Virus genome (UHGV): UHGV-0385297
Reading direction: 5' to 3' (one strand)
DNA from: a virus
Length of the DNA: 64,000 nucleotides
Within the stretch, counting starts at the first letter, position 1. Each line of letters begins with the position of its first letter. Below the pieces are notes generated by a model that was given only the letters and a program-made list of their open reading frames with translations, made no database searches and was not told the DNA's origin. Positions 37,061 to 46,812 of the stretch are shown piece after piece. The position numbers and the translations under genes are program-made.

Positions 37061-40000
37061 TATTTTTGACCTTGATTTAGTAAAAAAAATCATTCCAACG
37101 TTAAAATTTGAGTTTCCATATTCAGCAGAAGATTATGCAAAGAATTTATATCTTGAGAATTATCATTGTCATAAAGATTTTAGCAATACGTCAACACCGG
37201 ATTGTGCTGAATCTATTGAGAACTATGCAAAAAGAATAAAAGAATTTAATACAAAATGTTTATATTCAGGAGAACATGGGTCCCAGGGCAACCAATTCCA
37301 AGTATATAAAGTGGCAGAAGCAGAACATTTAAAATACATTCATTCTACAGAAGCTTATTGGGTGAAGGATAGAAAAGAAAAAGATCGTACTAATTGCCAT
37401 ATGATTATAGCTGCGAAAAATGCTGAAGGTCGTGAGGATATCAATTTCGCCTTATCTATGGCAAATATTGATGGTTATTATTATAAACCTAGAATAGACT
37501 TAGAATTATTATTCAACATTCCAAAAAATAATGTAATCGTCACATCTGCGTGTATCGCAGGTTGGAATTATGATGATGCAGAAAAAATTTGGTTAAAAGT
37601 CCATCAGTATTTTGGAGATAATTTCTTTTTAGAACTTCAATATCATGATACTGATATGCAGAAAGAATTAAATAAAAGAATTATCAGAATTGCAAAAGAA
37701 AATGATATCCAAATTATTTGTGGTCTTGATAGCCATTATGTTTCAGAAGAAAATTCTGTAAAACGTGATCAGATTCTTAAATACAAGAATATTACATATC
37801 CAGAAGAAACAGGTTGGTACATGGATTATCCCGATACAAAGACAGTAATTCAAAGATTTAAAAAACAAGGAATTTTGACTGATGAGGAAATTCTGAGAGC
37901 AATCATGAATACAAATGTTTTTGTATCTGAATGTGAAGATATTACTTTAGATAGAAAGTTCAAAATACCAAGTGTCCACAAGGGTAAAACATATGATGAA
38001 AAATGTAATATCTATAAAAATATTTTAAATAAAGCTTATTCTAAAGAAAAAGAGAAGTCAAAAGAAAAAGCCGATGGTGTCAGATATGAAGCAAAACAAG
38101 TTATGGAAGCAGGTGTTGTCGATTATTTCTTAACAAGTAAGGCTATCGTTGATGATGCTGTAAATAATGAAGGAGGTATTTTAACAACTACGTCCAGAGG
38201 TAGTGCTGCTTCATTTATCACAAATAAATTATTAGGTCTTACTACTGTGGATCGATTCAATGCAGACATCCCCATTTATCCTGAACGTTTCTTGACAAAA
38301 GAACGTGTATTGGCAGGCCAAATGCCGGATATTGACCTGAACGTTGCCACCCAAGAACCATTTGTAAAAGCATCTAGGAAACTTCTTGGTGAATATAGCT
38401 GTTATCCATTAATGGCAATTGAAAAATTAAAAGAAAAAGCTGCATGGCAGCTATATGCTGGTGCAAATGATGTAAAACCAGAAGATGCGAATAAAATTTC
38501 AAAATATCTGGATGAATATAATAAAGCATTAAAATATGCAGACGATGAAGAAAAAGAGAATATTAATGTAGAAGATTATATTCCTTCTGAGTATATCAAT
38601 TTATTCCGACAAAGTAATGAATATCAAGGAATCACTATTAATTTGAAAGTTCATGCCTGCGGTCACTTTATTTTTGATGGAGATATCCGTAGAGAAGTAG
38701 GCCTAATCAGTGCAGTTTCTGAAACTACTGGAAAAAGAACAATTTGCGCTGCTATTGAGGGCGGATATTTAGATGAATTTGGGTATGTTAAAGAGGATTT
38801 TCTTATCGTAGATAGTGTATATCTGACATACAAATTCTTTCATGCAATTGGAATGGAAGTTCCTACTTTTGATGAATTAAGACATATGATAGATGGAGAT
38901 AATAAAACTTGGGATATTTATGAAAAGGGTATCACTTGTTGTATAAATCAATGTGAAAAAGAAGCGACTACGAATCGTGTTAAAAAATATAAGCCCAAAA
39001 ATCTTGCAGAACTAAGTAGTTTTATTGCTGCAATTCGCCCAGGTTTTGCTTCATTGCTTAATACATTTTTAAATCGAGAACCATATACTACAGGTGAAAA
39101 AAAGATTGATGAATTATTATCTGATACCGCACATTTTATGATTTACCAGGAATCAATTATGAAGGTTTTATCTTTTCTACATCTTAAAATGGGTGAAACT
39201 TATGGGGTAATTAAATCTATCTCCAAAAAGAAATTAAAAGGTGAAAAGAAAGAACATCTTTTAACAGAATTAAATCATTCTTGGACAGAAGAATTCAATA
39301 ATACCAATAATTTTAAAAATGTATGGAATGTAATAGAGGATTCTTCTCGATATGCATTTAATTCCCCCCATGCCTATTCGATGGGTGGTGACTCTGCATA
39401 TCAGGCATGGTTTAAAGCACATCATACAAAAACATTTTACGAAGAAGCAATTCGCCATTATCAGTTAAAGAATAAAAAAGATAAGATCGATGCGTTGGTA
39501 AAAGAAGCAATTAAATTTTGGGGATACAAATTGGGAGATTATGAATTTGGCACAGATAATAGAAAAGTAAATATCAATGAAGAAAATAAAATCATATACC
39601 CTAATTTATCTAGTATAAAAGGATTTGGTGAAGGTGTTGCAGAAACTTTGTATCAGTTAGGTAATGAAAAATATGGTTCATTTGTTGATGTTATTACAGC
39701 TTTGTTATCTAGTTCTATTAATAAGACAATTGTAGATAAATTGATTCGAATAAATTATTTCAAGAAATATGGAGATATTAATACGCTTTTATCTATTATG
39801 TCATATTATGATTTATTATATGGAATTAAGCAAATTTCAAAAGAAAAGGCAGAGAAAAACAATATATCTTTAGCAGTTCTGAAAGAGTATGGTCATGAAA
39901 CAGAAAAACAGTTTAATAAAGTTGATTCTGTAGGACTTTTAAATTATTTAATTTCTCAAATTCCATTCAAAGAGCTGACATTAAAAGAAACGTTAGATAA

Positions 40001-40358
40001 CCAAAGAGAGATTCTTGGAATTGTCAATATTATAGTTCCAACTATGAACAAAAGAATTTATTATGTTTCTGAACTGGATATAAAAAAATCAATTGTAAAT
40101 ATTTCCCTCTATGAAATCTATAGTGGTAAAACACGTACAGTCAAGATGTGGACAAGCGCATATAACCGTGATCCATTCAGTGAAGGTTCGATTCTATATA
40201 TTACTTCCATTGAAAAGAAAAATAAAAAAGAACCAACAGGTGAAATTAACCTTAAAACCGGTAAGAAGATTTATAAGGAAGTACCCGACAAGTTTGAATA
40301 CTGGCTTGGAAAATTTGTAGTTAAGAATGACGTAGAGGGCGGTGAGGAAGATGATTAA
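37035..40358 (+). CDS. dnaE: DNA polymerase III alpha subunit (DnaE-type, with N-terminal PHP domain)
   Basis: PHP motif YLENYHCHKDFS. Catalytic region ERFLTKERVLAGQMPDIDLNV aligns with DnaE RFLNPERVSMPDFDVDF. Length 1107 aa. Confidence 0.8.
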   Translation: MMRLGRLINIFDLDLVKKIIPTLKFEFPYSAEDYAKNLYLENYHCHKDFSNTSTPDCAESIENYAKRIKEFNTKCLYSGEHGSQGNQFQVYKVAEAEHLKYIHSTEAYWVKDRKEKDRTNCHMIIAAKNAEGREDINFALSMANIDGYYYKPRIDLELLFNIPKNNVIVTSACIAGWNYDDAEKIWLKVHQYFGDNFFLELQYHDTDMQKELNKRIIRIAKENDIQIICGLDSHYVSEENSVKRDQILKYKNITYPEETGWYMDYPDTKTVIQRFKKQGILTDEEILRAIMNTNVFVSECEDITLDRKFKIPSVHKGKTYDEKCNIYKNILNKAYSKEKEKSKEKADGVRYEAKQVMEAGVVDYFLTSKAIVDDAVNNEGGILTTTSRGSAASFITNKLLGLTTVDRFNADIPIYPERFLTKERVLAGQMPDIDLNVATQEPFVKASRKLLGEYSCYPLMAIEKLKEKAAWQLYAGANDVKPEDANKISKYLDEYNKALKYADDEEKENINVEDYIPSEYINLFRQSNEYQGITINLKVHACGHFIFDGDIRREVGLISAVSETTGKRTICAAIEGGYLDEFGYVKEDFLIVDSVYLTYKFFHAIGMEVPTFDELRHMIDGDNKTWDIYEKGITCCINQCEKEATTNRVKKYKPKNLAELSSFIAAIRPGFASLLNTFLNREPYTTGEKKIDELLSDTAHFMIYQESIMKVLSFLHLKMGETYGVIKSISKKKLKGEKKEHLLTELNHSWTEEFNNTNNFKNVWNVIEDSSRYAFNSPHAYSMGGDSAYQAWFKAHHTKTFYEEAIRHYQLKNKKDKIDALVKEAIKFWGYKLGDYEFGTDNRKVNINEENKIIYPNLSSIKGFGEGVAETLYQLGNEKYGSFVDVITALLSSSINKTIVDKLIRINYFKKYGDINTLLSIMSYYDLLYGIKQISKEKAEKNNISLAVLKEYGHETEKQFNKVDSVGLLNYLISQIPFKELTLKETLDNQREILGIVNIIVPTMNKRIYYVSELDIKKSIVNISLYEIYSGKTRTVKMWTSAYNRDPFSEGSILYITSIEKKNKKEPTGEINLKTGKKIYKEVPDKFEYWLGKFVVKNDVEGGEEDD

Positions 40359-40881
40359 TAATTTCAAATATACAGATAAGGAGATGGATGAGTTAATCTC
40401 TTCCATCACCATTCTTATTGACACACGCGAAAAACAGGCAGATCACATCACAGATTATTTCGATAGGAAAGAGATTAAATATAAAAAGAAGGCTCTTAGT
40501 TATGGTGATTACAGTTTTATGCTGCCAGCTAATGAGGAACTATCCATTCCAAGAGATTTGTACTTTGATAAACAAGTAGTAGTAGAGCGTAAAGCCAGTT
40601 TAGAAGAAATCAGTGGTAATTTAACACAGGGTAGAGATCGATTTGAAAAAGAACTATGCCTTGCTCCGCCTACAAAAGTGTTGTTGATTGAGAATGCCAA
40701 TTATTCAGACATAGCAACTGGTAATTATAACACACAATATAATAAGAAGTCCTTTTGGGCATCTATACATAGTTTCTGGTTTAAATACAATATCCCAGTT
40801 ATGTTTATGCCAGATCACCAGTATTCAGGATTATTCATTCGAGGGTACTTTGAATATTATCTAAAAAATTATTTACATTAA
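40342..40881 (+). CDS. ERCC4/XPF-Mus81-type nuclease domain protein
   Basis: ILIDTREK ... VVVERKASLEEISGNLTQGRDRFEKEL matches the ERCC4 signature (DxRE ... ERKxxxDLxxSxxxGR...Q). Confidence 0.5.
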   Translation: MRKMINNFKYTDKEMDELISSITILIDTREKQADHITDYFDRKEIKYKKKALSYGDYSFMLPANEELSIPRDLYFDKQVVVERKASLEEISGNLTQGRDRFEKELCLAPPTKVLLIENANYSDIATGNYNTQYNKKSFWASIHSFWFKYNIPVMFMPDHQYSGLFIRGYFEYYLKNYLH

Positions 40882-40910
40882 GAGAATAATATATCAGGAG
40901 GTATGAACCA

Positions 40911-41126
40911 ATGAAATTCATTTCAAAATTATTAACTCGTAATTTTACAAAGATTCCATTATTATGGATCGGTTTCAATCTACAGAAGTTCCGCCAAGAT
41001 GGTCCAAAAGATTCTTGTTATTGTGAACTGCATCCTGAACTGCAGGATGATGAGCATATTATCACAGTTATAAAAGAATTGTGCGATTATATTCAAAAGA
41101 ACTACGATATGGAGAAGATTGTATGA
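40911..41126 (+). CDS. hypothetical small protein
   Basis: RBS CAGGAGGTATGAACCAATG. Confidence 0.35.
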   Translation: MKFISKLLTRNFTKIPLLWIGFNLQKFRQDGPKDSCYCELHPELQDDEHIITVIKELCDYIQKNYDMEKIV

Positions 41127-41302
41127 CAGTAGAAGAAGCGATCCAAATTTTGCATCCAGAAACAACAGCGGAGACAATTAACCGAATGAGAATGGTGAAC
41201 ATGTCAGACGAAGAAATTTTAGATAAAGTAAATGAAGCATGTGTACTTGCATGTGAAATTATGAAGAAACACTTAAAGGAGAACGATGCCAATGCCAATT
41301 AA
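41123..41302 (+). CDS. hypothetical small protein
   Basis: ATGA coupling; ORF-track longer version overlaps upstream gene. Confidence 0.3.
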   Translation: MTVEEAIQILHPETTAETINRMRMVNMSDEEILDKVNEACVLACEIMKKHLKENDANAN

Positions 41303-41711
41303 ATTTCCAGATAAGACATCAATTTATTTCTTCAATAATGAAACAAACGAAAAACTTGGACAAGTTGATGATGTTAAAAGCATAGATTTTACAATTAATC
41401 AGAAGGATACAGTAGATCGCTATGGTAATCTCATTGATCGAGAAGAAAATCGTACATGCACATTTGATATGGTAGAACCTATGGATACCGACAAGTTATA
41501 TAAAGTATTAGGAATAGACGAGGCAAGTATGCCAGATAAGTATGATATCCAGGTACTTAAAGTTGTTCAGTGTAGAAAACATAAAAAGAAGAGAATAAAT
41601 AAGAAGTGGAAAAAGAAGTATGGATACCGGCAGATGTATGTCACTATGAAGGGGTGGAAAATGCACAGCAACCGCAATGGAGAGATTGAGTTTGTGAAAG
41701 ACGGAGAATAA
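41286..41711 (+). CDS. hypothetical protein with basic C-terminus
   Basis: ORF; KHKKKRINKKWKKKYG. Confidence 0.4.
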   Translation: MPMPIKFPDKTSIYFFNNETNEKLGQVDDVKSIDFTINQKDTVDRYGNLIDREENRTCTFDMVEPMDTDKLYKVLGIDEASMPDKYDIQVLKVVQCRKHKKKRINKKWKKKYGYRQMYVTMKGWKMHSNRNGEIEFVKDGE

Positions 41712-41740
41712 ATTGTGCTTTCATCGTGAGGATAATGTGA

Positions 41741-42193
41741 ATGAATGATCGTCCGAAAATACCATATACTACATCATTTATGGAAAAATATATTGTTCCA
41801 GAATCACGAGAAATTGATTTTGATACGGTAGAGATTTGTAAACTAAATAAAGATGGGACGCTTGGCGAAGATGTACGTGAATTTATAGTTAGAAGAAATA
41901 CATTTCCTAATGTGATTATCCCTGAAGGGCAGATTAAAAATCAAGAATATTTCATAAAATACATATATTCGTCAAAAGAAGATATTGCTTCATCGAAGGC
42001 TACAAATAAAATATATCGTGATTTTAGTTTGCCTACAGATTTTCAAAAACATAAAGAAATAGCGTTAGATCTACTTAAGAATAATAAGCAATACGAGACA
42101 GCAAAAATTGTAGAAAAATTATTTGAAGATGAAGTGCTACGCAGACAGTTTTTTGGTGTGTTGAAAGTGGAACCAAAAATAGAAGGAGAATAA
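41741..42193 (+). CDS. hypothetical protein
   Basis: ORF only. Confidence 0.4.
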   Translation: MNDRPKIPYTTSFMEKYIVPESREIDFDTVEICKLNKDGTLGEDVREFIVRRNTFPNVIIPEGQIKNQEYFIKYIYSSKEDIASSKATNKIYRDFSLPTDFQKHKEIALDLLKNNKQYETAKIVEKLFEDEVLRRQFFGVLKVEPKIEGE

Positions 42194-42197
42194 TTGT

Positions 42198-42398
42198 ATG
42201 ACAAAAGGAAAAATTGATCAAATCACTAGATCCCAGTATCCCATGCGGAGAATTATTACAGTGAGAGCGATCTACGATATTTCTGATCCAATATTCAGAG
42301 AACAAGGAATGTTAACCAATCAAAAAAATGCTGAAGATATGGTATTAACTAAAGTAGGAGATATTTTCTTACAGGATGATGACATCATTGATCTGTAA
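42198..42398 (+). CDS. hypothetical small protein
   Basis: ORF 4 nt after upstream stop. Confidence 0.3.
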   Translation: MTKGKIDQITRSQYPMRRIITVRAIYDISDPIFREQGMLTNQKNAEDMVLTKVGDIFLQDDDIIDL

Positions 42399-42439
42399 GT
42401 AACATGCGAAGATATTTAGACAAAAGGAGAATAAAAAAC

Positions 42440-42643
42440 ATGGAAGTAGCGTCAGAAGTGAAAGTTTTTCGAGTAAAAATGAAATGTAATAAGTGCAAAG
42501 AAGGGGACATGGTATGTGGAAATACTGTTTTATCATTATATCCTCCATTATATTCGCATAAATGCAATAAGTGTGGGAATGTCGAAAATTACAAAAGGAA
42601 ATATCCATATACAAAATATGTTCCAGTAGATGAAGAAGTGTAG
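42440..42643 (+). CDS. small zinc-ribbon protein
   Basis: CNKCKEG...CNKCGN; ATG at 42440 with RBS AAAGGAGAATAAAAAAC. Confidence 0.35.
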   Translation: MEVASEVKVFRVKMKCNKCKEGDMVCGNTVLSLYPPLYSHKCNKCGNVENYKRKYPYTKYVPVDEEV

Positions 42644-42653
42644 GTGAGAATAA

Positions 42654-42896
42654 ATGAAGATCAAAAATATCAAAGATGTAGAAGCTTTTTTAGCGACAGT
42701 AGATAAGTGTAGTGGAGATGTGATCTTGACATCCGTATACGGAGATAAACTTAATCTCAAGTCTAAGCTGACGCAATACATTGCTATTGCAAAGCTGCTA
42801 GGAGAACATGGTGAAGAGTTGGAGCTGTGGTGTTCTGATAAGAACGATGAGAGCAAATTCTTTGAGATGTTTGCTGAACATCCTAAGATGGTATAG
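42654..42896 (+). CDS. hypothetical small protein
   Basis: RBS GTGAGAATAAATG. Confidence 0.35.
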   Translation: MKIKNIKDVEAFLATVDKCSGDVILTSVYGDKLNLKSKLTQYIAIAKLLGEHGEELELWCSDKNDESKFFEMFAEHPKMV

Positions 42897-42908
42897 GAGA
42901 ATAATTAT

Positions 42909-43439
42909 ATGTGGGATACTATAGGTTCTATTTATTATGTAGTTATGATATTTTCTGTTCCAGCAGCAATAGTTACATTACTTTTTTCCGTTGTTGCAAT
43001 TAGTGAAGCTGATGAGGAAAAATATTTAAAATATTCTTTTGCTTTTATAATAATTTTTTTAATGTCATTTGCATTTGAAGTATACGGAAATGGACATCTC
43101 AATAATATTCCATGGGAAGAACCTGAGAGACCACAGGCAGTAGAAAAAATAGTATCTCTTTCTGATAATAATTTAATGTCTGGCAAGTTATATCTGAGAA
43201 GAGGGTATATAGAACAGGATTTATGGTATCAGTACATGGTTGAATTAAATGACGGCGGGTTTGTGGCGAATAAAGTAAAGTCAACTGATACTACCTTATA
43301 TTATAGTGATGGCAATTATAGAGTCGAGTGGTATACAAAAGAAAGGCATTGGTTATGGTTTTATGAAAAGGAAAATTACCATAAGATTTTTATTCCTGCC
43401 GGTAGTATCACAGATGAATATTTTATAGATTTGAAATAG
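42909..43439 (+). CDS. membrane-anchored hypothetical protein
   Basis: Two N-terminal TM helices then soluble domain. Confidence 0.4.
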   Translation: MWDTIGSIYYVVMIFSVPAAIVTLLFSVVAISEADEEKYLKYSFAFIIIFLMSFAFEVYGNGHLNNIPWEEPERPQAVEKIVSLSDNNLMSGKLYLRRGYIEQDLWYQYMVELNDGGFVANKVKSTDTTLYYSDGNYRVEWYTKERHWLWFYEKENYHKIFIPAGSITDEYFIDLK

Positions 43440-43487
43440 GGATTTGACAATTGGTAATAGAACATAAAGAGGGATTTAAAAAATAAA

Positions 43488-44048
43488 ATGAGTACAAAAG
43501 GCAATACATACACGAACACTGAAAAGCGATTATATTTTTTATCAGACGATGTAGATAATTCTTCTATTGGACAACTTACGTGGAGTATTTTATATCAAAT
43601 TGCAGAAGATGATGAAAAAGATAAGAAAGAAAAGGATTATAAGAGAGAACCGATTAAACTCTATATCAATTCATATGGCGGTGCTGTTTATGATATGTGG
43701 GGATTAATTGACATAATCCAGAATAGTAAAACTCCTGTTTATACATATTGCACTGGATACGCAATGAGTGCAGCTTTTAAGATTTTTCTTGCTGGGCATA
43801 AAAGATATTGTTATAAACATTCTACATTTATGTATCATCAAATGCATTATTATAGTAGTGGAAAATATCAAGATCATGTTGAAGACAGAACCGAAAAAGA
43901 TTTAATGAACAAAGAAATTGAAGAATATGTAATCGAAAGAACCAAACTTACCAAAGAGGATATCGATGATATTCGTGAAAAGAAAAAAGATTTTTATATT
44001 CATTCATGCGATGCGTTCAAATATGGAATTGTAGATGAAATTTTGTAG
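43488..44048 (+). CDS. ClpP-family serine protease
   Basis: INSYGGAVYDMWGLIDIIQ (ClpP INSPGGSVTAGLAIYDTMQ). Catalytic Ser in GYAMSAAF, His in YHQMHYY, Asp in KKDFYIHSCDAFKYGIVDEIL. Length 186 aa. Confidence 0.55.
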   Translation: MSTKGNTYTNTEKRLYFLSDDVDNSSIGQLTWSILYQIAEDDEKDKKEKDYKREPIKLYINSYGGAVYDMWGLIDIIQNSKTPVYTYCTGYAMSAAFKIFLAGHKRYCYKHSTFMYHQMHYYSSGKYQDHVEDRTEKDLMNKEIEEYVIERTKLTKEDIDDIREKKKDFYIHSCDAFKYGIVDEIL

Positions 44049-44060
44049 GGAGGTACGTTT

Positions 44061-44723
44061 ATGCCAACACTTTATACAGCATTTATAGAAGATAGGACAA
44101 TTACAAATGGAGCGGATTTTTTGAAACTTTGTACAAGAAATTTTGGAATTGCATTTGATATAAGAGATGAACCACTTCCAATTTTACCACCAATTCATTT
44201 TGAACCAGATCCGTATTATGAACAGACATATAAAAGAGCAGTGGAAAGAAATAATAAAGTTCAACATATGACTTTTGAGGAAGCAAAACAGGAGATAATC
44301 GAAAAGTGTAAATCTGAAGCCGAATCTTCCAGAATATATTATGAAGATTGTATTGAAAATAATCATAAGTATTTAAAAATTAAAAAAGAAGTTTTGAATT
44401 GGATACCGCCCACTAAAGAACATGAAAATATTAAAAAATTTGCTTTAGAGCAGATCGATACTTGCATCACGTCAGAAAAAGATCTTCGTAGATATAATCT
44501 TGATGCAGATCTAAAAGATGCGGGATTGTACTGTACCGATAAAGAAGTACAAGAGTATTTAGATGATAAAAAGCAATACGAAAAAGATAATGTAAAAAGT
44601 GCGTATCAACGTTGGCAGGAAGCTATCAAAGATGCTGAAATGAAGAATCTTTGGATGAGGCAATTTCTGGATAGTTTAGGAACGATTTCTAATGAAATGT
44701 CCGTTTCAGAAGAAGGTGAATAA
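44061..44723 (+). CDS. hypothetical protein
   Basis: RBS GTAGGGAGGTACGTTTATG. Confidence 0.4.
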   Translation: MPTLYTAFIEDRTITNGADFLKLCTRNFGIAFDIRDEPLPILPPIHFEPDPYYEQTYKRAVERNNKVQHMTFEEAKQEIIEKCKSEAESSRIYYEDCIENNHKYLKIKKEVLNWIPPTKEHENIKKFALEQIDTCITSEKDLRRYNLDADLKDAGLYCTDKEVQEYLDDKKQYEKDNVKSAYQRWQEAIKDAEMKNLWMRQFLDSLGTISNEMSVSEEGE

Positions 44724-44978
44724 ATGGGTCTAATTGTATTATTTGTTATGGTACATATCATAGGAGCTATTATTGCTATTATTATTCATTGTAAAAACGG
44801 CACAATGGAAGCTGCAAGCAAATATGGTGATGGAATTAGACTTGCAAAACCATCAGATGTTATCTTTATAGATTGTGCGTCACAGGAAGTTTTATGGTTG
44901 ATGAAGGCAGTAGATAATATAGATTATTATATAAACAGAAAATTTGAAGAGTATTTTATGGATAATTGTGAGAGGTGA
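44724..44978 (+). CDS. small membrane protein
   Basis: N-terminal TM helix; TAAATG coupling. Confidence 0.35.
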   Translation: MGLIVLFVMVHIIGAIIAIIIHCKNGTMEAASKYGDGIRLAKPSDVIFIDCASQEVLWLMKAVDNIDYYINRKFEEYFMDNCER

Positions 44979-44981
44979 GAT

Positions 44982-45341
44982 ATGTATTTTTTCGAAGATT
45001 GTTTAGTTTGGTTGAGATCTGCTATGGAACATAGAATGGGCGCATATAATGTATCATTTTTGGAAGAAACTAATATGCATGATATGGCTATTACAATGTC
45101 CGCTGTACCTGCATATGCGTTACCAAAAAAGTTCACAGTAGGAGATATTGTTACATTAGGTGATATGTGTGGAAGATATACTTATCAAAGAACAGTCGCC
45201 ATAAGAATATTTAAGAAAAATCTTGATGAAAAATATAAGATTATTGATGTAGAATATGCAAATTTCCCACGATGGCAATTTTGGAATAAGAACAAATATC
45301 CATTTGTATATTGGGTAGAAAGGGTAAATGATGTTTTATAA
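44982..45341 (+). CDS. hypothetical protein
   Basis: ORF only. Confidence 0.4.
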   Translation: MYFFEDCLVWLRSAMEHRMGAYNVSFLEETNMHDMAITMSAVPAYALPKKFTVGDIVTLGDMCGRYTYQRTVAIRIFKKNLDEKYKIIDVEYANFPRWQFWNKNKYPFVYWVERVNDVL

Positions 45342-45696
45342 TAAAACCTTATTAGATGCTAAGTCTAAAATTGAGAAACAATTTCGCCAGGATAAAGAAA
45401 AATATGAAATCAACAAGCAGAAATTCTATGCTAATCCTATACATTGGGATAATAATAAAAGAAAAAGAGCTGGATTACATACACTTAGGGGTGACTGTAA
45501 TAAGTACAGAGATAAAAAGTTTCGATGTTTTAGAATAAGTCACGATCTTTTTGAACTGGTAGATAATTTTGTTGATGAATATTTAAAAGCTGAATGGGCT
45601 AATAATCCTCCATTTAATGGATTTGTAGAACTAAAAAATTTACAAACAGACAATACAGAAGGAGAATATTTATATGAAGCCAGTAGTATATTTTGA
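45328..45696 (+). CDS. hypothetical protein
   Basis: Overlaps upstream gene by 14 nt. Confidence 0.35.
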   Translation: MMFYNKTLLDAKSKIEKQFRQDKEKYEINKQKFYANPIHWDNNKRKRAGLHTLRGDCNKYRDKKFRCFRISHDLFELVDNFVDEYLKAEWANNPPFNGFVELKNLQTDNTEGEYLYEASSIF

Positions 45697-45961
45697 TTTT
45701 GAAGATATCGGAGCTGGAAAAGTTTCCGTTGACAAGAAACGATTAAAAGAGATTCTGGATGAAGTTTACCATGCCGGATATGATGATGGTAAGAATTCTA
45801 ATGGTGTTCATTGGACTTTACCTGTTCCAAGTAATCCTATAACGCCAAATATGCCTTGGGAAATTACGGCAAAATCACCAATTAATTTAGAAAAACCGAC
45901 ATATAAGACGAATATTACTTGCGAACATACGAAGGCTGCACAGTTACAGGAGAATATATGA
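45674..45961 (+). CDS. hypothetical protein
   Basis: ORF only. Confidence 0.35.
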   Translation: MKPVVYFDFEDIGAGKVSVDKKRLKEILDEVYHAGYDDGKNSNGVHWTLPVPSNPITPNMPWEITAKSPINLEKPTYKTNITCEHTKAAQLQENI

Positions 45962-46491
45962 AAGTAGCATTAACAGGTCATAGACCACAAAGATTAGGAC
46001 TGCCAGAAGATGAATCAGATATCGCCTGGAAGAAAATTGAAGAATGGATTATAGAACAGCTTTTTAAAATGAATGAAGTTTCTTATTTAAATGGAAAAAA
46101 TTTGGAAGTTTATTGTGGTATGGCTTCTGGAAGCGATTTTGTATTTGGAACTGTAGCCGCATTAGCAAAAGTAAATAGAATTATTCCATTAGTGTTACAT
46201 TGTGTTCTGCCATGTAAAAATTATAATTCATCGCATCCATTTTATAAAGACATGAAGAAGTATGCAGATGAATGGGTAGAATTATCAGATGAATTCTATA
46301 AAGGCTGTGATAATGTAAGAGATCAATACATGGTTGATCATTGTGATGTATTATTAGCAATTTGGGACGGAAACAAATCTGGTGGTGTTTGGTCTACGAT
46401 TCGCAAAGCTCAAAAGGCTGGTAAGGAAATTGTTTTTTGCCCTAAAGAGGTGTTAGAACATGACGGAAATTATAGCAGTCAGAGATGTTGA
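45958..46491 (+). CDS. SLOG-superfamily (YpsA/DUF1273-like) Rossmann-fold protein
   Basis: MKVALTGHRP start and GMASGSDFVFGTVAALA core typical of YpsA/DUF1273 (GHRP family). ATGA overlap with upstream gene. Confidence 0.45.
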   Translation: MKVALTGHRPQRLGLPEDESDIAWKKIEEWIIEQLFKMNEVSYLNGKNLEVYCGMASGSDFVFGTVAALAKVNRIIPLVLHCVLPCKNYNSSHPFYKDMKKYADEWVELSDEFYKGCDNVRDQYMVDHCDVLLAIWDGNKSGGVWSTIRKAQKAGKEIVFCPKEVLEHDGNYSSQRC

Positions 46492-46738
46492 AAATCATAA
46501 GATTTACATTCTTCCTACGGCAGACGATAAACCTGTGAAAGTTATTTTAGAGAAGGATGCAAAAGAATTTGTAGATGATGCGACAGTGTATACGAAAGAT
46601 GCCATATATAAAGTAATAAATGAAATAAAAGCGGTCAATGGTAATTTAGATAAAGCAGTTGATAACCTTATCAAAAATCATATCAAATTAGAAGTCGTAT
46701 CTATCAATGAGCGTTTCTGCTCAAAAATTCCAGAATAA
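46460..46738 (+). CDS. hypothetical protein
   Basis: ORF; its 3-prime end contains a copy of the repeated 30-nt motif. Confidence 0.35.
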   Translation: MTEIIAVRDVENHKIYILPTADDKPVKVILEKDAKEFVDDATVYTKDAIYKVINEIKAVNGNLDKAVDNLIKNHIKLEVVSINERFCSKIPE

Positions 46739-46812
46739 ACTAAAAGAATAACAATACGAAAGGAGCAAGAGATTTGCTGCAGCGTAAAATCATGATTTGC
46801 TCTAAGTATTAG

